The translations under genes were made by a program, and so were the position numbers. DNA of 64,000 nucleotides. Origin: an uncultured virus (IMG/VR IMGVR_UViG_3300044213_000175) (Duplodnaviria; Heunggongvirae; Uroviricota; Caudoviricetes). The DNA is taken from IMG/VR virus record IMGVR_UViG_3300044213_000175; one strand, given 5' to 3'. Shown here in pieces: positions 47,140 to 56,237 of the stretch (position 1 is its first letter; every line of letters begins with the position of its first letter). Below the pieces are notes generated by a model, which did not search any database, had not been told where the DNA came from, and saw nothing but the letters and a program-made list of their open reading frames with translations.

Positions 47140-47474
47140 TCAAAGACATATACAGTTCCGGTCCGTGGATGCAAGTACAAAGTTCTTCCACACCACTGCC
47201 CTGGGTCGAGTGTACGGCAGATAATCCGGCTGTAGGCACCGTGAGGATACACCGCGGCCAGATCGAAATATATGCGCCATATGGATGGCAAGCCCTTGCC
47301 CTAACCATGGCTAATATAAATTTGACCCACGATGCCGAACAAGCCTTGGAGTGGGCACGCCGCAAAATGCAGGAAGAATCGGAGCTGGAAGAACGGATGA
47401 AAAGATATCCGGGACTGAAAGAAGCATACGACAAATTCATAGTATTAGATGCACTGACAAAACAAACAGAATGA
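47136..47474 (+). CDS. hypothetical protein
   Basis: ATGA-coupled at both ends. Confidence 0.7.
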   Translation: MIKDIYSSGPWMQVQSSSTPLPWVECTADNPAVGTVRIHRGQIEIYAPYGWQALALTMANINLTHDAEQALEWARRKMQEESELEERMKRYPGLKEAYDKFIVLDALTKQTE

Positions 47475-49048
47475 CTACAAAAACCATAGATAATTTAACT
47501 TCTAAGCAAAATGATTACGCTGTGTTTTTGCCCGCACTTAGTAGTTTTTACGCTACCTACGTAGGAAAGCAACGGCATGATCCTTCCTATATAGTATCAA
47601 CAAGACTGCCCGCAGATTTTGAAAACGGTGTAGAGGGGTTAAATTGGCTCAACCCAAACGATGGATACTTTAAGTATAAGTGGGCATTATATAGTGCCGG
47701 CCACGCAAATCTAGATACTGGTAAGAATGATCCCAAAGAAGATATGGTCCGCAACAGAGACCCTAATTCATTTATTTTAGGTGATTCGGGAGGATTTCAA
47801 ATCGGTAAAGGTGTATGGGAAGGCAATTGGAAAGATCCTCTTTGTCCTAAAGCACAGAAAAAAAGAGAACAAGTTCTTTCCTGGATGGATGCATATATGG
47901 ATCGAGGCATGATCCTCGATATTCCAGCGTGGGTTGCTCGTAGCCCTGCCGGACAAAAAGCAACAGGTATTACTTCTTTTGAGGAAGCAGTTAGCGGAAC
48001 ATATATTAATAATGATTACTTTATTAAAAACCGTAACGGCAACTGTAAATTCTTAAACGTATTACAAGGCGAAAATCACACCGAAGCTGATATTTGGTAT
48101 GATCGTATGAAAAAATATTGCGACCCGAAACAATACCCCAATGATCACTTTAACGGGTGGGCAATGGGTGGGCAGAATATGTGTGATGTACACTTGGCAT
48201 TAAAACGCATTGTTGCACTGAGGTTTGATGGTTTGTTGGAATCTGGATTGCACGATTGGATGCACTTCTTGGGTACTAGCAAGTTGGAGTGGGCTTTATT
48301 GTTAACCGACATACAAAGAGCTGTACGAAAGCATCATAACGAAAACTTTACTATCAGCTTTGATTGTGCTAGCCCGTTTTTGGCAACTGCTAACGGACAA
48401 ATTTATTACGATGTAGTGACACCGGACAGAGGCAAGTGGAGTTATCAAATGCAACCCAGCGTCGATAATAAAAAGTATGCCACTGACACTCGTGCATTCA
48501 GAGATGCTGTGTTGCAGGATAATATTTTTGACACTTTTCTAGAAAGTCCAGTTAGCGAACGACTGACAATTAAAGATGTTTGTATCTATAAGCCCGGAGA
48601 CCTAAATAAAATAGGCAAAGAAGGTAAAACCAGTTGGGACTCTTTCAGCTATGCTCTACAAATGGGACATAATGTGTGGACACATATTCACGCAGTACAA
48701 GAAGCCAATAGACAATGCGATTCGGGAAAATATCCGGACATGTTAGTAGCAACATCCACTGATCGTAAAAATACTCGGTTGTATGATCGTGCATTTTTTA
48801 GAGATGTAGTAGACGATATTTTTGCAACCAGCGACAGAGGCAAGGCAGAAGCTCTTATCGAACATTACAACAGATATTGGATGAGCATTGTTGGTACTCG
48901 AGGATATATTGGTAAGAAAACGGTCAATGCTAACACTATGTTTAATTCTTTATTCCAAGAAGATGACCCTGCCGAAGAAGAACATCATATAGACGACTCC
49001 GGGCTGGACGAAACCAATCTTAATCAATTAGAAACAGAAAACGTATAA
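47471..49048 (+). CDS. dpdA: TGT-fold transglycosylase (DpdA-like)
   Basis: LGDSGGFQ, MILD, VLQG, HFLG and SFD motifs; FolE/QueD/QueE nearby. Confidence 0.78.
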   Translation: MTTKTIDNLTSKQNDYAVFLPALSSFYATYVGKQRHDPSYIVSTRLPADFENGVEGLNWLNPNDGYFKYKWALYSAGHANLDTGKNDPKEDMVRNRDPNSFILGDSGGFQIGKGVWEGNWKDPLCPKAQKKREQVLSWMDAYMDRGMILDIPAWVARSPAGQKATGITSFEEAVSGTYINNDYFIKNRNGNCKFLNVLQGENHTEADIWYDRMKKYCDPKQYPNDHFNGWAMGGQNMCDVHLALKRIVALRFDGLLESGLHDWMHFLGTSKLEWALLLTDIQRAVRKHHNENFTISFDCASPFLATANGQIYYDVVTPDRGKWSYQMQPSVDNKKYATDTRAFRDAVLQDNIFDTFLESPVSERLTIKDVCIYKPGDLNKIGKEGKTSWDSFSYALQMGHNVWTHIHAVQEANRQCDSGKYPDMLVATSTDRKNTRLYDRAFFRDVVDDIFATSDRGKAEALIEHYNRYWMSIVGTRGYIGKKTVNANTMFNSLFQEDDPAEEEHHIDDSGLDETNLNQLETENV

Positions 49049-49049
49049 T

Positions 49050-49895
49050 ATGAACGCCTTAGTTATTGGCCTAAGTATGGGCAAGCAGTACGCCGGATGG
49101 CTAAGGGAGTTGGGCTATCAAGTTACTACAGTGGATGTGGATATCTCCAAACAACCCGATTACACCAACTATAATGTTGCATTGGAAAATAAGTCATATG
49201 ATATTATCTATATCGGCACTCCAAACTTTACACATGAATCTATTGCAAGAAAATCTGCAGATCATACTAAGTGTTTGCTGATTGAGAAACCCGGGGTTGC
49301 CACTAGTGACTCTTGGTGGAAATTATTGTCCGATTTTCCTTCCACTCGTATTGCAATGGTAAAAAATAATCAGTATCGTTCAGAGATCTCTGGTTATAAA
49401 AACCTATTGCAGTTGGCAACTAATGTAAACATTGTGTGGAGTAGAAAAGACGGTGTGCCGCGTAGCGGATGGTTTACAGATAAAGAAAAAAGTTTTGGTG
49501 GGGTTAGCCGAGATTTAATGACGCACCTATTAAGTTATTATACTGACCTGACAGATTTTCACGCAGGTTCTAAAAGATATTCGTTAGTTGATGATAAAAA
49601 TAATGTTGGCACCGATGATTATTGCGAAATTCAATTTGTTAACAATAATGTCAATTGGCAGTTAATTGCTTGTTGGCAAAATAACATTCAAGATCAACAC
49701 TACATTGAATTTATAATTAAAGGTAAATCTATTAAATTTGAATTGGGTGACTATATGACTGCCTTTGGCGGTTGCCCGGCTGGCCCTTATATGTCAATGA
49801 TTAAAACGTCAATGGACAATTTAAGTAATCAGCGATTCTGGGACAATCAATCGGCACAAGATATATGGATACATCAACAAGTAGAAGTATTATGA
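49050..49895 (+). CDS. Gfo/Idh/MocA-family oxidoreductase
   Basis: TPNFTH, IEKP and GGVSRDLMTH. Confidence 0.85.
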   Translation: MNALVIGLSMGKQYAGWLRELGYQVTTVDVDISKQPDYTNYNVALENKSYDIIYIGTPNFTHESIARKSADHTKCLLIEKPGVATSDSWWKLLSDFPSTRIAMVKNNQYRSEISGYKNLLQLATNVNIVWSRKDGVPRSGWFTDKEKSFGGVSRDLMTHLLSYYTDLTDFHAGSKRYSLVDDKNNVGTDDYCEIQFVNNNVNWQLIACWQNNIQDQHYIEFIIKGKSIKFELGDYMTAFGGCPAGPYMSMIKTSMDNLSNQRFWDNQSAQDIWIHQQVEVL

Positions 49896-50812
49896 AAGTA
49901 AATATACTAGCAACAAAAGGCACCGGTGAGTTCGTAGAGACTACCTACGATTGTCCCGATACCTTCGACGAAGGTATCATTGTTGAAAACATTATGACTG
50001 GCGTTTGCACCAGTGATATCGCAATGATGCAAGGCGAATTTGGACCATTGCCTTTGAATATGCAGGGGCACGAAGGATTGGGCAGAGTTATTAGTGTAGG
50101 CAAAAATATCTTTACTGATGTAGTAGTCGGTGATATTGTTGCTACTCGAGGCGAGCCAGCCTATGCTGATCGCTACCCAGTAAGAGAATTCGAGTTTGTT
50201 AAGGTGCCAGAAGCACATCCCCGTTATATAGTAGAACCGGTTGCTTGCGGCATCAACATTGTATTAGGCGACTTGACTGAAATTCAAGGTAGAGCATTAG
50301 CAAGCGACCATACAAAATTGCTGATTATTGGTTCTGGTTTTTTGGCGTATGTTGCATATTGCTCATTGTTAAACTTAGAAGCCGGCATTCAAGTTGATGT
50401 AGTCGGGTCGAGTAATAAGGATATTTGGACTCGTGAAGGTGTCGACTTGTTATCTGCGCCCGAGGGCGAGTATGATATTGTAATCAACTTAAAAGAACGA
50501 CACTCTTGGTTCGAACAAAACATAATCAAGGAAAATGGTTTATTGATTGAAGCAGTGGGCCGTAGTGTTAGTAAGAAAGAAAGTGACCAATTATTATGGC
50601 GTGCGGTTACTACTACACGCCCCAGTCCACGCAAACAGATATTCTCTGAATGTATGGAAATGGCAGTAGAGTGGATCAAAACCGACAAAATCACAGTTGA
50701 CAAATTCTGGACTCGAAGTTATAATAGAGATACGAATTGGAGAAAGGCATTTGACGACGGTGTCGCTCGTCCAATCGGATATAGTCGTGGATATATTTAC
50801 TGGAACAAATAA
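49892..50812 (+). CDS. Zn-dependent medium-chain dehydrogenase
   Basis: GVCTSD, GHE, EPVAC and IIGSG. Confidence 0.85.
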   Translation: MKVNILATKGTGEFVETTYDCPDTFDEGIIVENIMTGVCTSDIAMMQGEFGPLPLNMQGHEGLGRVISVGKNIFTDVVVGDIVATRGEPAYADRYPVREFEFVKVPEAHPRYIVEPVACGINIVLGDLTEIQGRALASDHTKLLIIGSGFLAYVAYCSLLNLEAGIQVDVVGSSNKDIWTREGVDLLSAPEGEYDIVINLKERHSWFEQNIIKENGLLIEAVGRSVSKKESDQLLWRAVTTTRPSPRKQIFSECMEMAVEWIKTDKITVDKFWTRSYNRDTNWRKAFDDGVARPIGYSRGYIYWNK

Positions 50813-51336
50813 TGGCAATTAATACAGATGGACGCAAACAAGTCGATTACTTTGTTGGCATAGAAGTTGAAAACACTATTATGAAGGGCGAAAAAACACT
50901 TTTTGTAGTAGGAATTAAACCGGTGGAAGAAATTATTTCTATTGCAGAACGAGAAGGTATAAAACATCTATACTTCGGAACAAGTCAAAGTTTCAACCCT
51001 TCCAATATGTATGATTGGGCCGCGTGGAATGATATGATCACCCCGTTGCTGATTAAAGAATTTTGGGTTACTTTGGATTTCGGCGTCGAATTTGCCAAAG
51101 ATTTACACGAAGAAGGTTGGTGTGAGTATAAAACATTTATTCCCATGATTAGTGTTAAACTCCCGCACATTAATCTTTATAACTATCATGCAACATTAAA
51201 AATCGACGACAACACGTGGGGAGATACTAATACTGGTGTGTGGTGTCATCCGCTCAACGAACTGTTACGTAGAGATGTATATACCGACTGGAAAGATTAT
51301 GTCGGCGATAAAACAGTATTCCCGGAGGAAAAATAA
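50812..51336 (+). CDS. phage hypothetical protein
   Basis: ORF in operon. Confidence 0.75.
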   Translation: MAINTDGRKQVDYFVGIEVENTIMKGEKTLFVVGIKPVEEIISIAEREGIKHLYFGTSQSFNPSNMYDWAAWNDMITPLLIKEFWVTLDFGVEFAKDLHEEGWCEYKTFIPMISVKLPHINLYNYHATLKIDDNTWGDTNTGVWCHPLNELLRRDVYTDWKDYVGDKTVFPEEK

Positions 51337-51788
51337 TGGAACAGCGTGAACAAATTTTAGCCGAGCAACGACAACGCATCAAAGATCGTGCAGAAAGAAA
51401 AATTTGGGTTACCTTTCGTAAAGAAGGAATTCATAAATATCCAGCCGCTGCATCTGACCCGGCCTTAGCAACAGGCGACGAGTATGATGTATCGTTCCTT
51501 GCTACCCCTCATCGTCATATTTTCCATTTCCGCGTTTGGATTGATGTAGAGCATTCGGATCGTGCAATTGAATTTATCCAATTTAAACGATGGCTCGAAA
51601 ATCTATATAAAGACAACATCTTGCAACTTGATTACAAGAGTTGTGAAATGATGGCCGAAGACCTCTATCTGCAAATTGCAGAGAAATATCCAAACAAAGA
51701 AGTATGGATAGAAGTTAGTGAAGATGGCGAGAATGGATGTTTGATTAAATTCAAACTAACCCAACCGCATCTATTTGTTAAAATTTAA
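51336..51788 (+). CDS. possible QueD-like T-fold protein
   Basis: H...HRHIFH...EF..FK...SCEMMA...IEVSE pattern. Confidence 0.55.
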   Translation: MEQREQILAEQRQRIKDRAERKIWVTFRKEGIHKYPAAASDPALATGDEYDVSFLATPHRHIFHFRVWIDVEHSDRAIEFIQFKRWLENLYKDNILQLDYKSCEMMAEDLYLQIAEKYPNKEVWIEVSEDGENGCLIKFKLTQPHLFVKI

Positions 51789-51803
51789 AAAGGAAATATA
51801 AAA

Positions 51804-52007
51804 ATGGCATATCCTAAATATATCGAAAAAACTCTGCGTATGTCTCAAGAAGTATCACAAATTTTTGATGATCTAGACGCATATCGCGACCATTGTAGGT
51901 TCAATGGCCTAAAGTTTAATGAGAAAGACCTTTATCGCGGTGACCAATATCGCCGATTTGACCGAGATCGTAAACGGTCAGCTAAGTTCGAAAAACATAA
52001 TGGCTAA
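51804..52007 (+). CDS. hypothetical protein
   Basis: ORF with AAGGA upstream. Confidence 0.7.
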   Translation: MAYPKYIEKTLRMSQEVSQIFDDLDAYRDHCRFNGLKFNEKDLYRGDQYRRFDRDRKRSAKFEKHNG

Positions 52008-53073
52008 TATATTTTTAGTTGACTTAGAGTCAGTAGAAACAAGATATACAGGGCAGTGGAAAACTCACGTACCCGAACTTTTACGAAAGGCAGGGCACAA
52101 TGTCCAAATTATTTCTGGTCCCGGCGATATTCCTAGCGCCACTACTCCTGGTGCATTTCTTAATTTTGGGGGCACTAATATCTATAAGGCAAACCAAGTG
52201 GAACAGCTTGGAAGACTTTTTTGTGCAGGATCCGTCAAGGCCGGCGATCATTTTTTGTTTACTGATGCTTGGCATCCAGGCATTATAAACTTAAAATATA
52301 TGAGTGAATTGCTTAACATTCCAGTTAAGATTCACGCATTATGGCACGCCGGATCATATGATCCACAGGATTTCTTGGGTCGACTCATTGGAGATGCTCC
52401 TTGGGTACGTCACGCTGAAAAGAGTTTCTTTCACGCAATTGATCACAACTACTTTGCCACAGACTTTCATATTAAATTGTTTAGTGATGTTTTACTGCGA
52501 GAAGTAGATGTAGTTACATTGGATAATTGGACGAAGATGGGCAAAATTATTCGCACCGGTTGGCCCATGGAGTATATGGAAGATACGCTTACTCCTTACA
52601 AAGGCATGGAGAAGCGTAACTTAATCCTGTTCCCGCATAGGATCGCTCCGGAAAAACAAGTAGAGATTTTTAGAGATTTAAAAGAACAACTTCCCAAATA
52701 CGAGTTTATTGTTTGTCAAGATCAAAATTTAACAAAGAACGAATATCATAATTTGTTAGGTGAAGCAAAGATGGTGTTTAGTTGCTCCTTGCAGGAAACA
52801 TTGGGCATCGGTTGCTACGAAGGCGCCATTGTCGATGCTATTCCAATAGTTCCAGATCGTTTAAGTTATGGTGAAATGTACTATACTACATTTAAGTATC
52901 CTAGCGAGTGGACCAAATCGTTCGAAGCATATGTACAACATCGTCCGCATATATGTGATTACATAATTAATTACATGGACCATTACGAAAAATTGTTGCC
53001 TACCTTGCAAAAGCAAACACAAGATTTAACAGAAAGGTTTTTTAGTGCAAATGAGCTCCTTAAACAGTTTTGA
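52000..53073 (+). CDS. GT-B (GT4-like) glycosyltransferase
   Basis: FPHRIAPEK and QETLGIGCYEG. Confidence 0.85.
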   Translation: MANIFLVDLESVETRYTGQWKTHVPELLRKAGHNVQIISGPGDIPSATTPGAFLNFGGTNIYKANQVEQLGRLFCAGSVKAGDHFLFTDAWHPGIINLKYMSELLNIPVKIHALWHAGSYDPQDFLGRLIGDAPWVRHAEKSFFHAIDHNYFATDFHIKLFSDVLLREVDVVTLDNWTKMGKIIRTGWPMEYMEDTLTPYKGMEKRNLILFPHRIAPEKQVEIFRDLKEQLPKYEFIVCQDQNLTKNEYHNLLGEAKMVFSCSLQETLGIGCYEGAIVDAIPIVPDRLSYGEMYYTTFKYPSEWTKSFEAYVQHRPHICDYIINYMDHYEKLLPTLQKQTQDLTERFFSANELLKQF

Positions 53074-53662
53074 TAAAATTTTCGAATTTGAAAAAATGTT
53101 GGCCGAATTTACAGGGGCACCATATGCCGTCATGACGGATTGTTGTACCCACGCCATAGAGCTATGTTTACGTTACGATAAAATCAAAACTTGTTCTTTT
53201 ACTCCATTTACCTATCTTAGCATTCCTATGACAATGCATAAGTTAGGCATTACTTACGAATATTATCCAGACAACTTACCGCATAGACAGCAATGGGTCG
53301 GAGAATATAAGTTTGAATTAACTCGTATATGGGATAGTGCTCGCAGATTAGAAAAAAATATGTATAAATCGGGCTCGCTGATGTGCTTGAGTTTCGGGCA
53401 CACTAAACCTTTGAATATAGGACGCGGCGGTGCTATTCTACTAGATGATGTTGAAGACTATGATATTATCAGACAGATGCGATATGACGGCAGAGATTTG
53501 TTAGTGTCTCCCTGGGAAGATCAACAAGTATTCAGAGTAGGTTATCACTATAAACCAACTATCGAAGAAGCAACTAAGGGCATCGAATTACTGTCAACTT
53601 ATAAAAGTTCTCCCCCGGTGTTTGTTAAATATCCAGATTGCAGGAAAATTACTATTATATGA
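53051..53662 (+). CDS. shortened DegT/DnrJ-type PLP aminotransferase
   Basis: FEKMLAEFTG, CTHAIEL, DSA and SFGHTKPLNIGRGG. Confidence 0.8.
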   Translation: MSSLNSFDKIFEFEKMLAEFTGAPYAVMTDCCTHAIELCLRYDKIKTCSFTPFTYLSIPMTMHKLGITYEYYPDNLPHRQQWVGEYKFELTRIWDSARRLEKNMYKSGSLMCLSFGHTKPLNIGRGGAILLDDVEDYDIIRQMRYDGRDLLVSPWEDQQVFRVGYHYKPTIEEATKGIELLSTYKSSPPVFVKYPDCRKITII

Positions 53663-54051
53663 AATATATTTTTGTAAATGGCACTTTTGATATATTACAT
53701 ACTGGACATTTATCTTTACTGAAGTATGCAAAATCATTGGGATCCGTTACAGTAGGGATCGACAGTGATCAAAGAGTTAAACTGTTAAAAGGCCCGCAGA
53801 GACCTATTAATACTCAGGACGAGCGTAAAGAAATGTTACTTGCATTGAAATACGTAGACAATGTAACAATTTTCAATTCGGACGACGAACTAGTACAATT
53901 AGTAAGTGCCTGTGACATTATGGTCAAAGGTGCAGATTATAAAAACAAACCCGTAATAGGTCAGGATAGTTGCAAACAAATTATATTTTTTGATATCATA
54001 TATGGACAATCAACAACAGAAAAAATTAAACGTATTACTAATCGGCGATAA
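53659..54051 (+). CDS. RfaE/HldE domain II-like nucleotidyltransferase
   Basis: NGTFDILHTGH, KGPQRPIN and VKGADY. Confidence 0.88.
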   Translation: MKYIFVNGTFDILHTGHLSLLKYAKSLGSVTVGIDSDQRVKLLKGPQRPINTQDERKEMLLALKYVDNVTIFNSDDELVQLVSACDIMVKGADYKNKPVIGQDSCKQIIFFDIIYGQSTTEKIKRITNRR

Positions 54052-54766
54052 TTGTTTAGATGTTTACCAATTTGGATATGTAGATCGTATTAGCCCCGAG
54101 GCACCTGTTCCTGTATTTGTATTAACTGACAAACAGGAAAAACCAGGAATGGCTCGTAATGTTGCATTAAACTTGGAAGCATACGGGATTGATGTCAGTT
54201 ATCTGCACGGCGAAACATCCGTTAAAACTAGATTGATAGACAGTAGAAGTAAACAACAAATTGTCAGAATCGACAATGATGTAACATCTGCTCCTATATC
54301 TTTTGAAACAGGGATTCCCACAATATATGATGCCATAGTTGTCAGTGATTATAATAAAGGTACTGTATCATATGAATTAATAGAAGAGCTTATAGCTACA
54401 GGTATTCCGGTTTTTGTTGATACTAAAAAAACAGATATAGGTAGATTTAATGGAGCTTTTGTTAAAATTAACGAGCTAGAATATAGTAAACGCACCAGCA
54501 TTAATGATAAATTGATAGTAACACTGGGCAGTAAAGGTACACTATACAAAGGTCGAATATACGAAGCCGATACTGTAGAAGTAGTAGATGTGTGCGGAGC
54601 AGGTGATTCCTTTTTATCCGCATTAGTATATGGATATCTAAAAACTAATCAAATCGAACGTGCAATACCATTTGCCAATCGTGCTGCAGGTATTAGTGTA
54701 CAGCATATGGGCGTATACGTATTAACAACCCAAGATGTTAATTCAATTTCTTATATTTTGGATTAA
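54002..54766 (+). CDS. RfaE/HldE domain I-like PfkB sugar kinase
   Basis: RISPEAPVPV, SDYNKG and DVCGAGD. Confidence 0.88.
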   Translation: MDNQQQKKLNVLLIGDNCLDVYQFGYVDRISPEAPVPVFVLTDKQEKPGMARNVALNLEAYGIDVSYLHGETSVKTRLIDSRSKQQIVRIDNDVTSAPISFETGIPTIYDAIVVSDYNKGTVSYELIEELIATGIPVFVDTKKTDIGRFNGAFVKINELEYSKRTSINDKLIVTLGSKGTLYKGRIYEADTVEVVDVCGAGDSFLSALVYGYLKTNQIERAIPFANRAAGISVQHMGVYVLTTQDVNSISYILD

Positions 54767-54783
54767 AATAAATCCAGATACCA

Positions 54784-54812
54784 TTGACACGTTGTCTAAA
54801 TAAATCTATAAT
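54784..54812 (+). promoter_or_regulatory. consensus sigma70 promoter with nested TAAATA
   Basis: TTGACA-N17-TATAAT. Confidence 0.8.
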
Positions 54813-54829
54813 ACAAGTTAGGAGTTTTA

Positions 54830-55585
54830 ATGACTGAATCAAGAACATATAAAGAAACAGGGTTAGATGCTATGCACGGCAATGGCGGCTACGAAGAAGC
54901 GTACCTGGCCGATGTACTACGATTTAAAATGAAACGCGATAACAAACGTTTCTGGGCAGGAGATAACATCTCAGAGTACATCGACGAAGATGCAAAAGAA
55001 ATTCTAATTCGAGAAGCCACAGAAGCATTTGAAGTAGTATTAGATCGACTACTCATTGATCGTGAAACAGATCCAAATAGTAAGGGCACGGCCAAGAGAT
55101 TGGCCAAAATGTATTTTAACGAAGTAATGGCAGGTAGGTATGACCCAATCCCAGATGCAACGGCGTTTCCAAATGATTCGGAGGACCGTTATAAAGGCAT
55201 GCTCGTTGTTCGCAGTGAGCTTCGGAGTATGTGTAGCCATCATCACCAACCCGTTAACGGTGTTGCTTATATTGGTGTTTTGGCTGCTCACAAACTTATT
55301 GGCCTGTCAAAGTACACACGTATTGCACAGTGGTGTGCTCGAAGAGGTACTCTCCAGGAGGAACTTTGTAATGATATTGCTCGGGAAATACAAAAAGCCA
55401 CAGGAGCCGAAGACTTAGGTGTATATATACAAGCCACCCACGGATGCTGTGAGAACAGAGGGATTATGGCTCACAGTAGTCTGACTCAGACTACCGTACT
55501 CGCCGGTGCGTTTAAAGATGACGCAGGAACCAAAAAAGAATTCTTCGATAATATCAAAATGCAACAAGAGTTCGCTCCACGATAA
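54830..55585 (+). CDS. folE: GTP cyclohydrolase I
   Basis: SMCSHH, GLSK, LQE and HGCCENRG. Confidence 0.93.
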   Translation: MTESRTYKETGLDAMHGNGGYEEAYLADVLRFKMKRDNKRFWAGDNISEYIDEDAKEILIREATEAFEVVLDRLLIDRETDPNSKGTAKRLAKMYFNEVMAGRYDPIPDATAFPNDSEDRYKGMLVVRSELRSMCSHHHQPVNGVAYIGVLAAHKLIGLSKYTRIAQWCARRGTLQEELCNDIAREIQKATGAEDLGVYIQATHGCCENRGIMAHSSLTQTTVLAGAFKDDAGTKKEFFDNIKMQQEFAPR

Positions 55586-55615
55586 ACTAGTCTTTAAGTT
55601 TAAACAGAATATAAA

Positions 55616-55852
55616 ATGCAATTAGATACTATTTACTTAGCGATAGGGTTAGCCCTAGGATACGCCATTGGTAGAAATCAAGTATTCCTTAAAAACGAAT
55701 CTGAAGTAAAAGAACCACAGTCTGCTATCGAAGAGAGATTAAGGAAAGAGTTAGAAGTGCATAAAAACCTAAACGAAAGCCTTAAAGTCGATTTGAAGCA
55801 AGTAAAAGAGTTGCTCAGTAAAGCAAAAAATCAATTAACTCAAAATAATTAA
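55616..55852 (+). CDS. membrane-anchored coiled-coil protein
   Basis: N-terminal hydrophobic helix. Confidence 0.65.
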   Translation: MQLDTIYLAIGLALGYAIGRNQVFLKNESEVKEPQSAIEERLRKELEVHKNLNESLKVDLKQVKELLSKAKNQLTQNN

Positions 55853-55861
55853 GGAATATAT

Positions 55862-56140
55862 ATGCGTTGGTTAAAAAATAAACTAAGAAACTGGCTTAAC
55901 GACACAGAAACCGAGAATGGTCTTAGCAGCCCGAAACTAATACGGGCAGCGGACCGGGAAGCAGACATTGAAGGAATTAGATTTACTGTAATGGCGGCCA
56001 CAGGTGGATATATACTTCAATCTCGTAATTACGATCATAAAACAGACAGGACCAGCTATCAAACATATCTCATCCACGACAATGAAGATATCGCCGAAGA
56101 AGTCGGCAGGCTTGTTGCCCTTGAATTGTATCGGAGTTAA
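55862..56140 (+). CDS. hypothetical protein
   Basis: ORF with AAGGA upstream. Confidence 0.7.
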   Translation: MRWLKNKLRNWLNDTETENGLSSPKLIRAADREADIEGIRFTVMAATGGYILQSRNYDHKTDRTSYQTYLIHDNEDIAEEVGRLVALELYRS

Positions 56141-56152
56141 CACCCAGCATAT

Positions 56153-56175
56153 AAAGTAGTACAAAGTACTACTTT
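56153..56175. promoter_or_regulatory. perfect 10-bp inverted repeat (terminator or operator)
   Basis: AAAGTAGTAC-AAA-GTACTACTTT. Confidence 0.55.
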
Positions 56176-56181
56176 TGTTGA

Positions 56182-56210
56182 TTGATTAATATTGCACATT
56201 CTATTATAAT
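56182..56210 (+). promoter_or_regulatory. sigma70-type promoter
   Basis: TTGATT-N17-TATAAT. Confidence 0.65.
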
Positions 56211-56237
56211 ACAGTATAGAAAATTTTAAGGAGTCAT

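Noticed and set aside
47471..49048. Ordinary tRNA-guanine transglycosylase
   Set aside because: It lacks the C-terminal CxCxxC zinc motif of bacterial Tgt and sits among replication genes; DpdA-like is preferred but not proven.
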